A DNA stretch of 63,713 nucleotides, counting the filler, from Dugesia japonica (Eukaryota): NCBI GenBank assembly GCA_001938525.1. It is 6 parts of 6 records of this genome, joined end to end, with 100 filler letters (N's around TTAATTAATTAA, not from the genome) between each part and the next. Parts side by side here need not be neighbours in the genome. Positions count along the whole stretch, not along the records: positions 31,420 to 43,352 come from MQRL01536173.1; positions 43,453 to 55,272 come from MQRL01625299.1; 4 more parts are not named here. One strand, 5' to 3'. The translations under genes and the position numbers were made by a program. Below are positions 40,921-52,603 of the stretch, one piece after another. Position 1 is the first letter of the stretch. Each line of letters opens with the position of its first letter. The notes under the pieces are model-generated. The model ran no database searches and was not told the origin of the DNA. It was given only the letters and a program-made list of their open reading frames with translations.

Positions 40921-41490
40921 ATGGAGAATGAAAGTCTTTATCCGAATATTGATGAAAGTAAAAACTATACAATTTTAGATTTAAAAAATAAACTTGCGAT
41001 CTCTAGAATTCGAGATTTTGAAAATGATCTTTATTATATTAAAGATAAAATTAAACATTATAAGAAAATACATAAAAGATGGAATAGAATAGATTCANNN
41101 NNNNNNNNNNNNNNNNNNNNNNNNNNNNNNNNNNNNNNNNNNNNNNNNNNNNNNNNNNNNNNNNNNNNNNNNNNNNCACTTACTACAATCGGTATACCAA
41201 TAATAACTGGTGCAATATCCGTGTTACCTGTAATTGGAACATTTAACACATCACTTATAAAATCTAGAAAAGAGAAGTATGAAAAGTTAATTAAGAAACT
41301 TGAATGTGTAAAAAATAAATTATTCTTATTTCAACAAAAAGCAGTTAATGATGAAATTTTGACTGATGATGAATTATTGATTTCTAAAAATATAGTTAAT
41401 GAAGTTCATGAGTTGATTTCTGGTCATAAAAAAGAAAAATCTAAAACTTATGATGCTGATTTAAAGTTTTTAGTTGAAAATCAAACTTAA
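40921..41490 (+). CDS. Polinton accessory helical protein with central hydrophobic hairpin
   Basis: MENESLYPNI, coiled-coil segments and hydrophobic LTTIGIPIITGAISVLPVIG; partly in an N gap. Confidence 0.55.
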   Translation: MENESLYPNIDESKNYTILDLKNKLAISRIRDFENDLYYIKDKIKHYKKIHKRWNRIDSXXXXXXXXXXXXXXXXXXXXXXXXXXXLTTIGIPIITGAISVLPVIGTFNTSLIKSRKEKYEKLIKKLECVKNKLFLFQQKAVNDEILTDDELLISKNIVNEVHELISGHKKEKSKTYDADLKFLVENQT

Positions 41491-41634
41491 GTTATTAATG
41501 AAATGAAGCAAAAACTAGAAATTTAGATGTAAAATGTAAAGTGTAATTACTTTATGTATCCTTTGTCTAAAATGACACACGCGCGTGTCAAAAAGTAAAA
41601 TTTTGTATGTGTGATCAAATTTTTTATTTATAAA

Positions 41635-43143
41635 ATGGAGGTAATAATGAATGAATCACTTATAAATGAAATATGTGGATTATGTTGTAAAACATGTGGT
41701 TATAAAGTTAAACTGTTTTTATCAATGTCACCAAAAACAAGTAAATGGGATGGAGCACAGTTAAAACCCGAATTTTTTAATAAAACTACTAAAGAAATGG
41801 ATGCCTTACAAAATATGCCTTAAGTTAAAAAAGTTTAAAAAAATAAAACACTTGAAGAAGAAATAGAAAGTGAAAAAGAAGAAATAGAAAGTTCTGAAAG
41901 TGAAATAGAAATGGAAGAAATAATTAAAACATTTAAAAAAGAAGAAATAGATGAAATAGTTAAAACAATTAAAAAAGAAGGTATAAAACCAATAGAAGAA
42001 GTAAAACCAATAAAACAATTAAAACATACAATATTTGAAGAAGAAGTAAAACCAATAGAAAAATTAAAACATAAAATATTTGAAGAAGTAAAACTAATAA
42101 AACAATTAGAACATAAAATAGTTGAAGAAGTAAAACCAATAGTTGAAGTACCAAGTGAAATAGCAATTAATGAAGAAGATTTTATACAAATGAAACATGA
42201 TCAAGATGGAAGTGATTATGAAATAGAATCAATTACATCTGACTCTGTACAATCCATACAAGAAAATCAAATTGTTAAACGTAACATTGAATATGTGCAA
42301 ATACCAAATGATAATTTAGTAATAATTACTAATCCTGATAATTTAACATTATTAAAAAGAAATACATTTGAAGAATTACCATGCTTAGAAGAATATGATA
42401 GCCCTAAATTTGATATGAAAATTAATCCAAAAGAAACAAGTATTATTAGGATGGAAAATTATATAAAACTGTAGAAAATAGTCAAATAGTTAATGGACAA
42501 TTAATATTACCATTGCCAATTAGTAAAAATGAAAAAGATCAAATAAGATTGAACAATGAAAGAAGGAAAAAAAATAAGAGCAAAATATTTTCCAACAGAT
42601 AATGAAGATGATGTTGTATTAGCAATGAATAAACCAACTACATTCAGAATGGAACTTTATAATTCCTTTAATGAAAATAAAATATAGAAAGTAGTATTAT
42701 TACCTATTAATCCATATGAATTTCGAGAAAACTGTGCTATATTATCAACAGAAAATCCAAATGAATTATTAGTAAAATTAAGGAGTTGGAATAAAATATT
42801 AGTAATGCATAAACGTGCAACATTATATTCCTATGCAATGATAGGTGCAATATTATACACTTTAAAATGAAGATTTAAAGTTAATAATCAGAAAAAACAT
42901 TATAATGATTTTTTAAATTTTATAGCAGGATATGGATATGTTTATACAATGAGTTACATTAATAGATTAATTAGATTTGCTAGAATAGCAGAAACATGGC
43001 CAGGAATTATTGAAAGTAATTTATCGTTTAGGAAGATTCAAGATAATTTTGCTGAGCTTGAAGAAATAATAGCTACAGAAAGTGCGAAGATACAGGAACT
43101 AAATATGAAAATAGAATCACGAAGACAACTAAAATTAAAATAA
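41635..43143 (+). pseudogene. Polinton accessory gene(s): Cys-motif N-terminus, EEVKPI repeats, helical C-terminus
   Basis: CCKTCG, acidic EEVKPI(K/E)(Q/K)L repeats, C-terminal GYGYVYTMSYINRLIRFARIAETWPGII; several stops and frameshifts. Confidence 0.5.
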
Positions 43144-43167
43144 ATCATTCCATAAGTAAAGTGTAAA

Positions 43168-43350
43168 TTAATCAAATAAATCATCTAACATCTCATCACT
43201 CTCTTTATTTAGGTAAAAATAATTATACTTAGTCTTCCAGTGAAGATTTACTTCATAATCATATTCTAACTTATTCGTAAAAATATTTGAAAACAATTCA
43301 TGATACACATTATCTCTATCAGTTTTATTTAACTTGAAAAATATATAACA
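43168..43350 (-). CDS. C-terminus of a probable packaging ATPase (5' part beyond contig end)
   Basis: Open minus-strand frame from the gap: CYIFFKLNKTDRDNVYHELFSNIFTNKLEYDYEVNLHWKTKYNYFYLNKESDEMLDDLFD*, matching the ..FK....D...Y.E....W..KY pattern of A32-like ATPase tails. Absent from the ORF track because it has no start codon. Confidence 0.55.
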   Translation of the reverse strand, partial: CYIFFKLNKTDRDNVYHELFSNIFTNKLEYDYEVNLHWKTKYNYFYLNKESDEMLDDLFD

Positions 43351-43454
43351 ATNNNNNNNNNNNNNNNNNNNNNNNNNNNNNNNNNNNNNNNNNNNNTTAA
43401 TTAATTAANNNNNNNNNNNNNNNNNNNNNNNNNNNNNNNNNNNNNNNNNNNNTT

Positions 43455-45420
43455 TGTGAAAAAGCTTAAATTTTCTCTTCTTTTTTAAAATGTCTAAAAT
43501 TATTGTATTTTACTCTTAAAATTAAAATTAAAGCTATTTTTCTCTAAATTATTTGAAAATTATTTATTCAATCAATTATTTTGGTCACTTTCAATAAATA
43601 TTTAAAATTATTTCAAATTATCTAATGCTTAATAAAAATTTTAATTATTATAATTAAAGTTTGAAATTAACTGTGTTCATTAAGGTTAAAGATTGACGAT
43701 TTTTAACCACGTTATTCTTAGCATTGAATTCTCTATCTAATAGTTACTTTGATGTTTAAATTTGATTTAAGTTTTTTATTTTCATTAATACTCAACTCTA
43801 ATTTAAAAAAACATAATTTTAACTATTTATTTGAAAGATTTTNCTAAAATTAATGTGTTTTCACATAAATTCAAGTTCTATGTACTTTATCTGATAATTA
43901 TTTGAAAATTATTAAATCTATCATACTTAATATATTTTATCAATTATATGAGTTATTTCCAATAATTATTAAGAAATTATTTTAATGAATCAATGCCTAA
44001 TAAAAAATTTCTATTATAAAATAAATATTAATTAAAAAATACATGCGAAATTTAATTTGATTNAAAAATATTTCAAAATTTCATCAATAATTAATAAACA
44101 TTTTCTATTATAATTTAAATTTAACCATAACAAATTTTAAATTGAATTATAATCTAATTTATTTTCAAAACACGATTAAACATTTACTTATAAAAGTATA
44201 GTTTTAATCAAATTAAACATTGAAATTAATCAATTCATCATACTTAATTTATTTAATCAATTATAGGAGATATTTTTAATAAATAATTACAAATTTGTTT
44301 TCAAAATTATTAATACTTAATAAAAAATTCCTATTCTAAATTAAATTTTACGATAAAAATGGAATACTAGTGCACAGAGCTTTGATTACTGAGGTCAAGT
44401 AAAGAGTAAGGTTTGGTGATTTTAGGGTAATATATTTGTAAATAGTGTATAATTCTCTATCAAATAGACTGGTTTTTAATTAAATTTGAGATACTTTTTA
44501 TTTTTATTTAATTTTTGAGAAATAAAAACTTTTAACTTTTTTCATAGTAATTTAATTTGACAAATTTCTACCGTATATATTCTTGATCAGTAAAAGATTC
44601 TCTATCGAATAGTACTTGGATCATTAAATTTGGATGAAAATTTTAAAAAATAAATTTTTATTTGTTCTCGATTAACCAGAATCGGTATTTTTGACCATAT
44701 TTTTTCGAATTTTCTTTGCAAAAGTTAGTTTAATGATTTTAGGTGTTGTTTTTCTTGATCAGTAAAAGATTCTCTATCGAATAATGTATGTTTTGTTACG
44801 ATTTGAGCAGAAGAATTTTCAAAAATTGTCAAAAAATCTCAGGTTTATCCCATTGGCTTAGTCCCAGACAAGATTTGGTGATTTCTAACTAGGTCAGTCC
44901 TAATCAGCGTAAAATTTTTTATTGAATAGACTATGCTATAATTAGATTTCAGTTACCCTTTTTAAAATTCATAATTTCCTCCCGGACTCCCAAAATAAAG
45001 TACATGCTTTTTCTATATAACTTTTTATATATAAGATTTGTTTATGTAAACGATTTTAGGTTTACATATTTGGAATCAGTGAAAGGTTCTCGATCGAATA
45101 GATATCTTGCTGACTAATTTTGAGACACTTTTTTATTTTTTCGAAAAAGTTAAGAAATCTAAAAGGATAGCTGTATATCTTCGCTATGAAGCATTTTGAA
45201 CGAGGGATATTTTACCTTTGTACAGTCACATTTTTTATCCTGAGTAACATAATACCAAATTTGAAATCATACGAGTTATGTACACAGAGAAAATCAAGCA
45301 CCAAAAATCAAAATTTGAGATTTTCCACTACAAAACCACATTTATTTCATCCCGGATAAACTTTGGCGATTTTAGGTTTATATATTTGTAATCAATGGAA
45401 AATTCTCTATCTAAAAACAT
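43455..45420 (+). repeat. Another partial copy of the AT-rich family with recurrent TTCTCTATCGAATAG motifs
   Basis: 44490-45350 is collinear with 4970-5835; 44818-44872 is the reverse complement of 1-57. Confidence 0.8.
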
Positions 45421-46219
45421 GGTTATTTAATGTAAAGATGAGAAATAATTTTTTCAAAATATTTTTATGTGAAAAATAATCTCAATCGAATTCTGCATCG
45501 ATTGATGTGAAAATCTCGACAAAAAATTTTTTCAAAAATTTTCGAAATTTCAAATGTACCGGATTCCCATAAAAATTTGATTTAAAAATTTTAAAAATCT
45601 GAAAATTTAAACAAAAATAATCTAATTTCACCAATTTATCACAAAAGCCGAAATTCATTTTATGAGATTACCTTTGCTCCAGAAAATTACAGGAGTTCAG
45701 CGCAAGAAAATTCAAGAAGAATGAAGGGCAGGGCATTTAAATTTTATAATTGAAAAATTCTACCATCATCCAGAAGGGTACTGCAGGATCCCAAAGAACG
45801 AACCAATGGGCAATCTAAAAATATAAATAAAACAAAGACACGATCATCATGTGCCATTCCAAAAATAGGCACCAATGAAATGTCAAAAAACACGGAAAAA
45901 GTTCTAAAAATTGGCAACAACACCAATCAAAGGCCAGAACTTTGAACTAAAAATAAATAGCCAATGAGGACGATGTCGAGATGCATCGTAAAAGGGTAAA
46001 AAACCCCGTATTTTAGAACAGAAATAATCACTATTTTGAAATTTATTCGCTGTTACAGCATTGTGTTACTCACTAAAAAGAACGTGTACGAAAAATACTT
46101 GTGATAATCACTTTCATATTGCAATCCGTAAGGCAGCAATTGATATTAATTTTGCCAACTAAAACTATCATCAAATTGTAGAATAAGTAAAGGACTCAAT
46201 CAAGGACAAGAATAAGATT

Positions 46220-46993
46220 TCCACAACGAATGGCTGTAGGAGTCGAACCACGAAAATCATCAATGTTACGGTTAAATGTGGCATGCAATTCACTCCAATT
46301 GATGTAAATAAAGGAGGAATCTATAGCAGGGAAGATCTTGAGAAAGCTAGGGAAAATATACTACTTCCAGTCCGAAGGATGCAAATTCTATCGAATATAG
46401 TACAATTAACCAGTGGAACTAACATAGACGAATGCCTAAATTAGGAACCACTCTTGTCAGCAGATCATTTCCAGAAAATCACTGAAAATGTCATGCGGAA
46501 AATGTGGGGAAGATTTATAATATTTGGCCAAGCAATGGCAGGATTGTTGGGAGTTATGTTGATAATTTCGGTAGCACGAGTAGTGATTACCCAATTGTTT
46601 CCACATATACAAAAGAGAAAAGAAAGTAAATTAAAAAATGGTAACCGGAATATTTCCATTCTTAGCCAAAACAATGGTGCTTAATAGTCACTCTAAAGAC
46701 ATCGAATGGGTAAAACGATTCATTCGGAAGTTAGGACAAATAAGAGGATCGGANNNNNNNNNNNNNNNNNNNNNNNNNNNNNNNNNNNNNNNNNNNNNNN
46801 NNNNNNNNNNNNNNNNNNNNNNNNNNNNNNNNNNNNNGAAAGATTTAACAACAAAAGCGAAAGTAGGAGCAGCAGTGATGACGATAAAGGAGAAAGCAGT
46901 GGAACTCCACATGTAACCAGTTATAAAACCGCCATGGAATACTATACGGAGTTGAAAAGACAACAATATGAAAATATCAGTAAAATGCAATGA
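46220..46993 (+). pseudogene. Chuvirus-like (class III) glycoprotein / env, C-terminal remnant
   Basis: GGIYSREDLEKARENILLPVRRMQILSNI ... MWGRFIIFGQAMAGLLGVMLIISVARVVI ... MVTGIFPFLAKTMVL matches the GIY..DL...R..I..P..R stem and WG.F..FG..AG..G membrane-proximal/TM pattern; frameshifted. Confidence 0.65.
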
Positions 46994-48178
46994 CTAAGAA
47001 ATGCATTAAAATTCGGAGGAAATGAAAGTGAAGGTAGACCACGTCGGGAAATAAAAGAAGCATAATTAAGGAAGCCTGTGTACGGGACGGAAAACCTCGG
47101 ACGAAATAAAAGAAAGCCTACGCATGGAAGGAAGATACGTGAAGTCCTAAGTACATTAACCAGTATGTTAAAGGAAGGCCACGTAGTTAAGCACACTAAA
47201 GAAAGCCTGATTAGAGGAAGCATTAAAGGAAGAGAGCCGGAAGCGTTCGCCTGCACGAAAAAGGTACTCCAAACGGGCCCGCCGATCCCTCAGGAAACTC
47301 TCGGTACTCCCCCATAAATTTAGGAAAAGTGTGCACTGTTACCTAGGAATTTTAAAAGGAAGAAAAGGAAGAAAGCCAGAAGATTTCGCCTATACTACAG
47401 AAAAATGGGTACTCCCACAATTAGGAAGAGATAATCTGGCGTTAATTAGAAAGGAATTAAGGAAGCGTTAAGATTAAAGGAAGACTTAATTAAGGAAAAT
47501 AAAAAAGGAAAAATTAAGGAAGATGGTCATGGGGCTCTGATGACAAGTGTGGAGCAGCATGATATTAAAGTAAGTTTAAAATCAGGAAGAGGAGTGATTG
47601 TCTCCTAAGTAAAGACAATTAGAAGTAAATTTTTATTCTAGAAAAGTTAAACTACAAGTATTACAAAACCAAAATCGAAATACAGTAGGCAACCAATAAG
47701 CCGGACTCTGACAAAATAGATTCCGACTCGGAAAATAGAAAACCACTTACAAGGTCTAACATATCCGGAATATCTACCCCAATCTCAGTTTTAAAGGAAA
47801 CTTAGATTAAACGATCCAAGTCTTCCAGAAGTAAAGTCAGATTGCCATTATAACTTGATCAGGAAGGACATATCTATTCTGGCAGACGGAAAATTTCAGC
47901 AAACCGACACCCCAGATTAAACCACAAACTCTAGAGACAATCAGCTCAAACAGTAGCCCAAGTGATAAAGAAAATCAAATACTCCAGAAGCGAACCCACA
48001 GTAATTCCCCTACCGATAAAAACCGACTAAGCGAACCTCGAAAGAGACGGAGATAGTAATTGGTAACCAAGGAAGCACCGAAATTTTAACACTAAGAGAC
48101 GATAACCAAAGAAACGAAACCACCCCATCTATAACTGAAAAGCCTAAAATAGAAACCAACACAGCAAGGAACAAAAAC

Positions 48179-49215
48179 ATGTCAACCAAAACTGAAAACC
48201 AACGACCGGAGTGGAAAATAAAATTTGATGGCGAATATTTTAGTGGGATACCAGAAAAATTCGACGAATTTATCCAAAATTATGATATGTATGCCAAAAC
48301 TTGTGGCTGGGACGAGGAAGCAAAAAGAAAGCGGTTACCAGTTTACTTAACAGGAGTAGCCAAAACCGTGCTTTGGGATCACACTAAGGGCATGGAAGCC
48401 ATTCCCGAAAAATGGGAAGATGTAGTGAAGATATTAACAGATAACTTCCAAAATTTAAAACTGACTGGACAAGATTTTGAACAATTTACAAACCNGAAGC
48501 AACAACGAGGGGAAACTCCACAAGCTTATATGATGGAACACAAGAGGCCTGGCAAGCTGGCCTTAGGAGATAAACTGGAAGACAGTCAAGTGTTAGCTAT
48601 ATTCTTAAATGGATTACGCGACGAGAACGCCAAACTAATGGTAAAGTTGAGTAAGCCAGTGACTCTNNNNNNNNNNNNNNNNNNNNNNNNNNNNNNNNNN
48701 NNNNNNNNNNNNNNNNTAAATGGATTACGCGACGAGAACGCCAAACTAATGGTAAAGTTGAGTAAGCCAGTGACTCTACAAGACGCTCTGTCCACATTGC
48801 GAATTGTAGCAGATAGACCATCAGAAAGAATATTCAAAGTAGAAGGACAGACAGAGGAAACTACACCGCGGATATCAGATTTCATACCTAACACGCAATC
48901 AATGATGAAAACTTTGACTCCAGGACAGAAACGGAATAACAGGAATGAAAGACCCAACTACCTCCGAGGAAATGGTGGAAGATTTATTGCTCCTCGGAAC
49001 AATTGGCAAAATAACCGGGATATACAATGTAATTCCTGTGGAAGGAGGGGACATATAGCCCGAGATTGTAGAAGTCGAGGCAATAATAATAAAAATAATC
49101 GATTTTGTACGCACTGCAAGAAAACCAACCACAATGTAGAAACATGCTTTTTGAAAAATCCAACTGTCTGTTATAAGTGCAACAGAAGAGGGTAAATGGC
49201 AAAAGAATGTCCAAA
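48179..49215 (+). CDS. LTR-retroelement Gag (capsid plus three CCHC knuckles; third hit by a stop at 49193)
   Basis: FSGIPEKFDEFIQNYDMYAKTCGW...LPVYLTGVA, KQQRGETPQAY (MHR-like), FLNGL, CNSCGRRGHIARDC, CTHCKKTNHNVETC, CYKCNRRG*MAKEC. Confidence 0.92.
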
Positions 49216-49640
49216 CGGAAACCAAACAAATTATAATCGAAATACGAATACGAATCTGAATAATCTAATGCAGGAAAATGAGATATTACGGCATTGAGTA
49301 AACGAAAACAAGGGACAAGTCAACTTAGTGCATCAGAATACTTTTGACAATGTGCACCATAAAGTTCAACAAGAAAATGATTGGCTCAAGTGGCAAAATC
49401 AAGATTTACAGGTGCAGCAGGGAAGACTAGCAAAAAGAAACTTGCTAAACGAACCAAGAATCAATGTAATATGGTCAGAACACACAGACAAATTTATAAC
49501 CAACATGATGAAGCAACGGAGGTTACCGAAATGGAAGATACTCGGAACGAATACTGATTACGTCACCAGAATGCGAGTGGACCAACGAAATCATATATAA
49601 AACAATAGAAACATCAACGACAACCACCGGACGAAGACGG

Positions 49641-50705
49641 GTGACGAATCACTTACTTCGATTATACAAGCACCCAGAAGTACACGCAAAAGTAAAAGCC
49701 AACTGGCAGAAAACAATATCGGATGACATCGCCGAGCTTTATAAAGAAACCAAATTAGACGATTACGAATTCGAAATTCAATATGTATGGCATAATAACC
49801 CCAAGGTAACTCCGAAAGGACCAAAGCTATCACTAAAGGGATTGACAGTTCGATACTTGAAAGAAGCCCTTAACGAAATAAAATGGAGCAAAGTAAACGA
49901 TATCAAAGTTATGACGGTAAATCCGTATCTCGAATTACCGCCGTTTAATGATCAGCAACAATGGAATGGAAAGTGGAATAGGCATAGATTACAAATAGGT
50001 AATATAGGAATCAATATTCTTCCAGATGATAAAAATTTAATTTATTATGGGGCACGACCGCATGAAACTACAGTAATCAAATTGATAAATTGGGGTTTAG
50101 AGAGAAGAGAAGTTAAATGCAACATGATAAAGATGCTGCAAATGCCGGCAAGAGAAGTAGTAGCGATGCGTAAAGTGGAGAAAATGGTTAACCGTGTACA
50201 GATAGAGAAGGAAAAGTTACCCCGAGAGAAGTATTGGATGATAATAAATAGAATTTACGACATATATGATGGGTTGGAAATACCCGAAGAAATTGAGGAT
50301 CAATGGCTCATGATTAGACAGAAGTATGCCGAAGAAATATTAGCAACTACCAAAATTCGGGACTTTAAATTATATTTGAATATAGGTAAAAATGAACAAG
50401 AAAGGACTAAGTATAGTCGATTAAAGCCACAAGGAATAACCATGATGGATTTGATGGATGCCGTTACCGATAAGTGGCAAGAATATGGATTAAACATGGT
50501 ACCTCTATTCATAAACGGCAAATTGGTTGAGACAGATGACGAGGACAAACACATATACCAATGCCATGCAAAACCCGGAGAAATATGTGAGTTAGATGTA
50601 GAGGAGGAGCCACGGACCGCCCAATCACCAGATCTTGAGGAACGAATGGAAGAAATAACAGAATTATACGTATCTGAGGTATTGACAGTATTAAGGAACA
50701 AGTAA
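49641..50705 (+). CDS. Post-Gag polyprotein segment with two ubiquitin-like modules
   Basis: DYEFEI..GLTVRYLKEAL..PDDKNLIYYGARPHETTVIKL and DFKLYL..GITMMDLMDAV..LFINGKLV..EDKHIYQCHAKPGEICELDV. No PR/RT/IN motifs. Confidence 0.6.
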   Translation: MTNHLLRLYKHPEVHAKVKANWQKTISDDIAELYKETKLDDYEFEIQYVWHNNPKVTPKGPKLSLKGLTVRYLKEALNEIKWSKVNDIKVMTVNPYLELPPFNDQQQWNGKWNRHRLQIGNIGINILPDDKNLIYYGARPHETTVIKLINWGLERREVKCNMIKMLQMPAREVVAMRKVEKMVNRVQIEKEKLPREKYWMIINRIYDIYDGLEIPEEIEDQWLMIRQKYAEEILATTKIRDFKLYLNIGKNEQERTKYSRLKPQGITMMDLMDAVTDKWQEYGLNMVPLFINGKLVETDDEDKHIYQCHAKPGEICELDVEEEPRTAQSPDLEERMEEITELYVSEVLTVLRNK

Positions 50706-50893
50706 AAGAAAATCAGAAAATACAGAATATTGATAACCTATCAATAATTACCACAAAATCAGTTGAATTTCTAGAAGGGACACCGACAATACGTGATATC
50801 CGGATAAATTATACGAAACCAATAACTGAAGAATCCGCCACATTACACGCCATCAACGATCTATTAAGAGTAACACGGGAAACTCGACCAGTA

Positions 50894-52603
50894 GTGAATA
50901 TCAAAGTATATTGGAAAATGATGAATAACCAACGGGATCTGGCAACCTATGGACAACTCAGCTTGTGGGCTCGAGAACAATGGTGGAATGAGAAAAACTT
51001 ATACGAAGAGGAAGTACAAAATACATCCACTATATCCGACTATTTTATCAGAGTCAGTCTCCTCAGCAAAGAGGGAAGCATAAAGAAGGTGGATATGATA
51101 ACCTTGGAGGGATTAACTATCCGACACGTTATAAAACCAACCAAGAAATGGTTATGGCCAAAATCACTCAAGTCATATAAAATACAGGCGGGAGCAACAA
51201 TGATCATACTAGCCAAGAAAGAGGATCACATCTTTCTACATGATATTAAACCAGGAGAGATCACAGAAATCAAACTAACACCGCGAAAAATGACAATAGA
51301 TATCCCGATACCAAAAATGCCTGATACCGATCAACTCATATTCAACATGATGAGCCTATATATACAGGAAATATTACCGGTGGAGAATAAACGCCTCATA
51401 AATACTTATGGGGAAAACAAAGCCCAAGTAAACATGGTTAGGAATAATGAGTTCGAGGCCACAGATCCAACATCAGATGAGGTAGAGGAGGAGGAAGAAA
51501 CCTCAGAAGACACAGTCAAACCCAGACTGTTACCATTTAAACAAGAATTCGTTGATCCTTTCAGTTCTCCTCAAGCAGAGCGGATATCGAAGAAAATTTC
51601 TGATTTCTGTTATTTTCTGGGAAGAATACCCAGGGCGACATTTTGGAAGGCATTGCATTTGCCAACGGATTTGTCAAAGTATGACGAAATAGCAAAAGAA
51701 GAACGCAACAAATGGGAATCAGTACTCAAGCTACATATGGGTACAGTTAAGGCCAGTGCCAAGGGAGAGGATTTCCAGGTCACTATAGAATATCAGACAC
51801 CAAACAAAAAACTCAGGAAGGAACCGGAATTGGCTGTAATGCATATACCACATTTTAATAGTACATCGGCTGTGGAATTACAGGAAATTATAGAATCATT
51901 GGATATAGCTGACCAACAGAAAGGCTATATAATCACAAGCAAATATTTGAGATTCCCTATAAAGTTTGAAGGAAAACAACATTTAATAGACATAGTGTTG
52001 AGACCAGGTGAAAATACCTTTCTCCAAATACAGAAACCAGAAGACTACACTCCAGGCCCAGTTAAGTCCATGGAAGAAGTGTTACAACAACTAGAGGATT
52101 TATATGAACAAGAAATCAACAGTGGTAAACTGTTTGAAGAAGTCGACGATAGAACAATGGAGATAAATATCGAGTTATGGGAAGACAGTAAAACATGGGG
52201 AAGTCTGGCGCGAGTAATAATGAAAATACTCCTGACCCTTGAAGAAAACTTGGAACTATTAAGAGATGACAAAGTCAAACAACTAATTTTGAAGTTAAAT
52301 CAGCTACGAGCTATAAGTCGTATGCCAGGAGACGTAATGGATGCAATATTATATAAGGCAGTTCGAATGATAACTAACGAAGCCGTAATAATCAAATTTC
52401 CAGATGAAAGCGAAATTCATTGGCAGGTCCAGATGAACGATCAGTGGTCTAAGTTACGGAGAAGGATTATAAAATTTTTGAATAAACAGCGTAACCTTGA
52501 TGAGGAGGAAACCGGAACACAATTATTATTACAGGAAGACGATATAGTACTCTATTATAACCAAGTAATAGAACCGGATCAAATGAGATTGCCAGGACGT
52601 TAG
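50894..52603 (+). CDS. Post-Gag polyprotein segment with three further ubiquitin-like modules
   Basis: DYFIRV..GLTIRHV..EDHIFLHDIKPGEITEIKL; DFQVTI..TSAVELQEII..QHLIDIVLRPGENTFLQI; VIIKFPDES..VQMNDQWSKLRRRI..MRLPGR. Same frame as Gag. Confidence 0.6.
   Translation: MNIKVYWKMMNNQRDLATYGQLSLWAREQWWNEKNLYEEEVQNTSTISDYFIRVSLLSKEGSIKKVDMITLEGLTIRHVIKPTKKWLWPKSLKSYKIQAGATMIILAKKEDHIFLHDIKPGEITEIKLTPRKMTIDIPIPKMPDTDQLIFNMMSLYIQEILPVENKRLINTYGENKAQVNMVRNNEFEATDPTSDEVEEEEETSEDTVKPRLLPFKQEFVDPFSSPQAERISKKISDFCYFLGRIPRATFWKALHLPTDLSKYDEIAKEERNKWESVLKLHMGTVKASAKGEDFQVTIEYQTPNKKLRKEPELAVMHIPHFNSTSAVELQEIIESLDIADQQKGYIITSKYLRFPIKFEGKQHLIDIVLRPGENTFLQIQKPEDYTPGPVKSMEEVLQQLEDLYEQEINSGKLFEEVDDRTMEINIELWEDSKTWGSLARVIMKILLTLEENLELLRDDKVKQLILKLNQLRAISRMPGDVMDAILYKAVRMITNEAVIIKFPDESEIHWQVQMNDQWSKLRRRIIKFLNKQRNLDEEETGTQLLLQEDDIVLYYNQVIEPDQMRLPGR

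Larger units (their letters stand above)
31420..43352 (+). mobile_element. Polinton/Maverick (adintovirus-like) endogenous viral element, incomplete at both contig ends
   Basis: Intronless, tightly packed gene array: pPolB, membrane-active protein, penton, adenain, fibre-like protein, accessory genes, convergent ATPase end. Confidence 0.93.

Noticed and set aside
48606-48776. Apparent 60-bp duplication in gag (NGLRDENAKLMVKLSKPVT twice)
   Set aside because: Identical copies flank an N gap; unmerged contig overlap.
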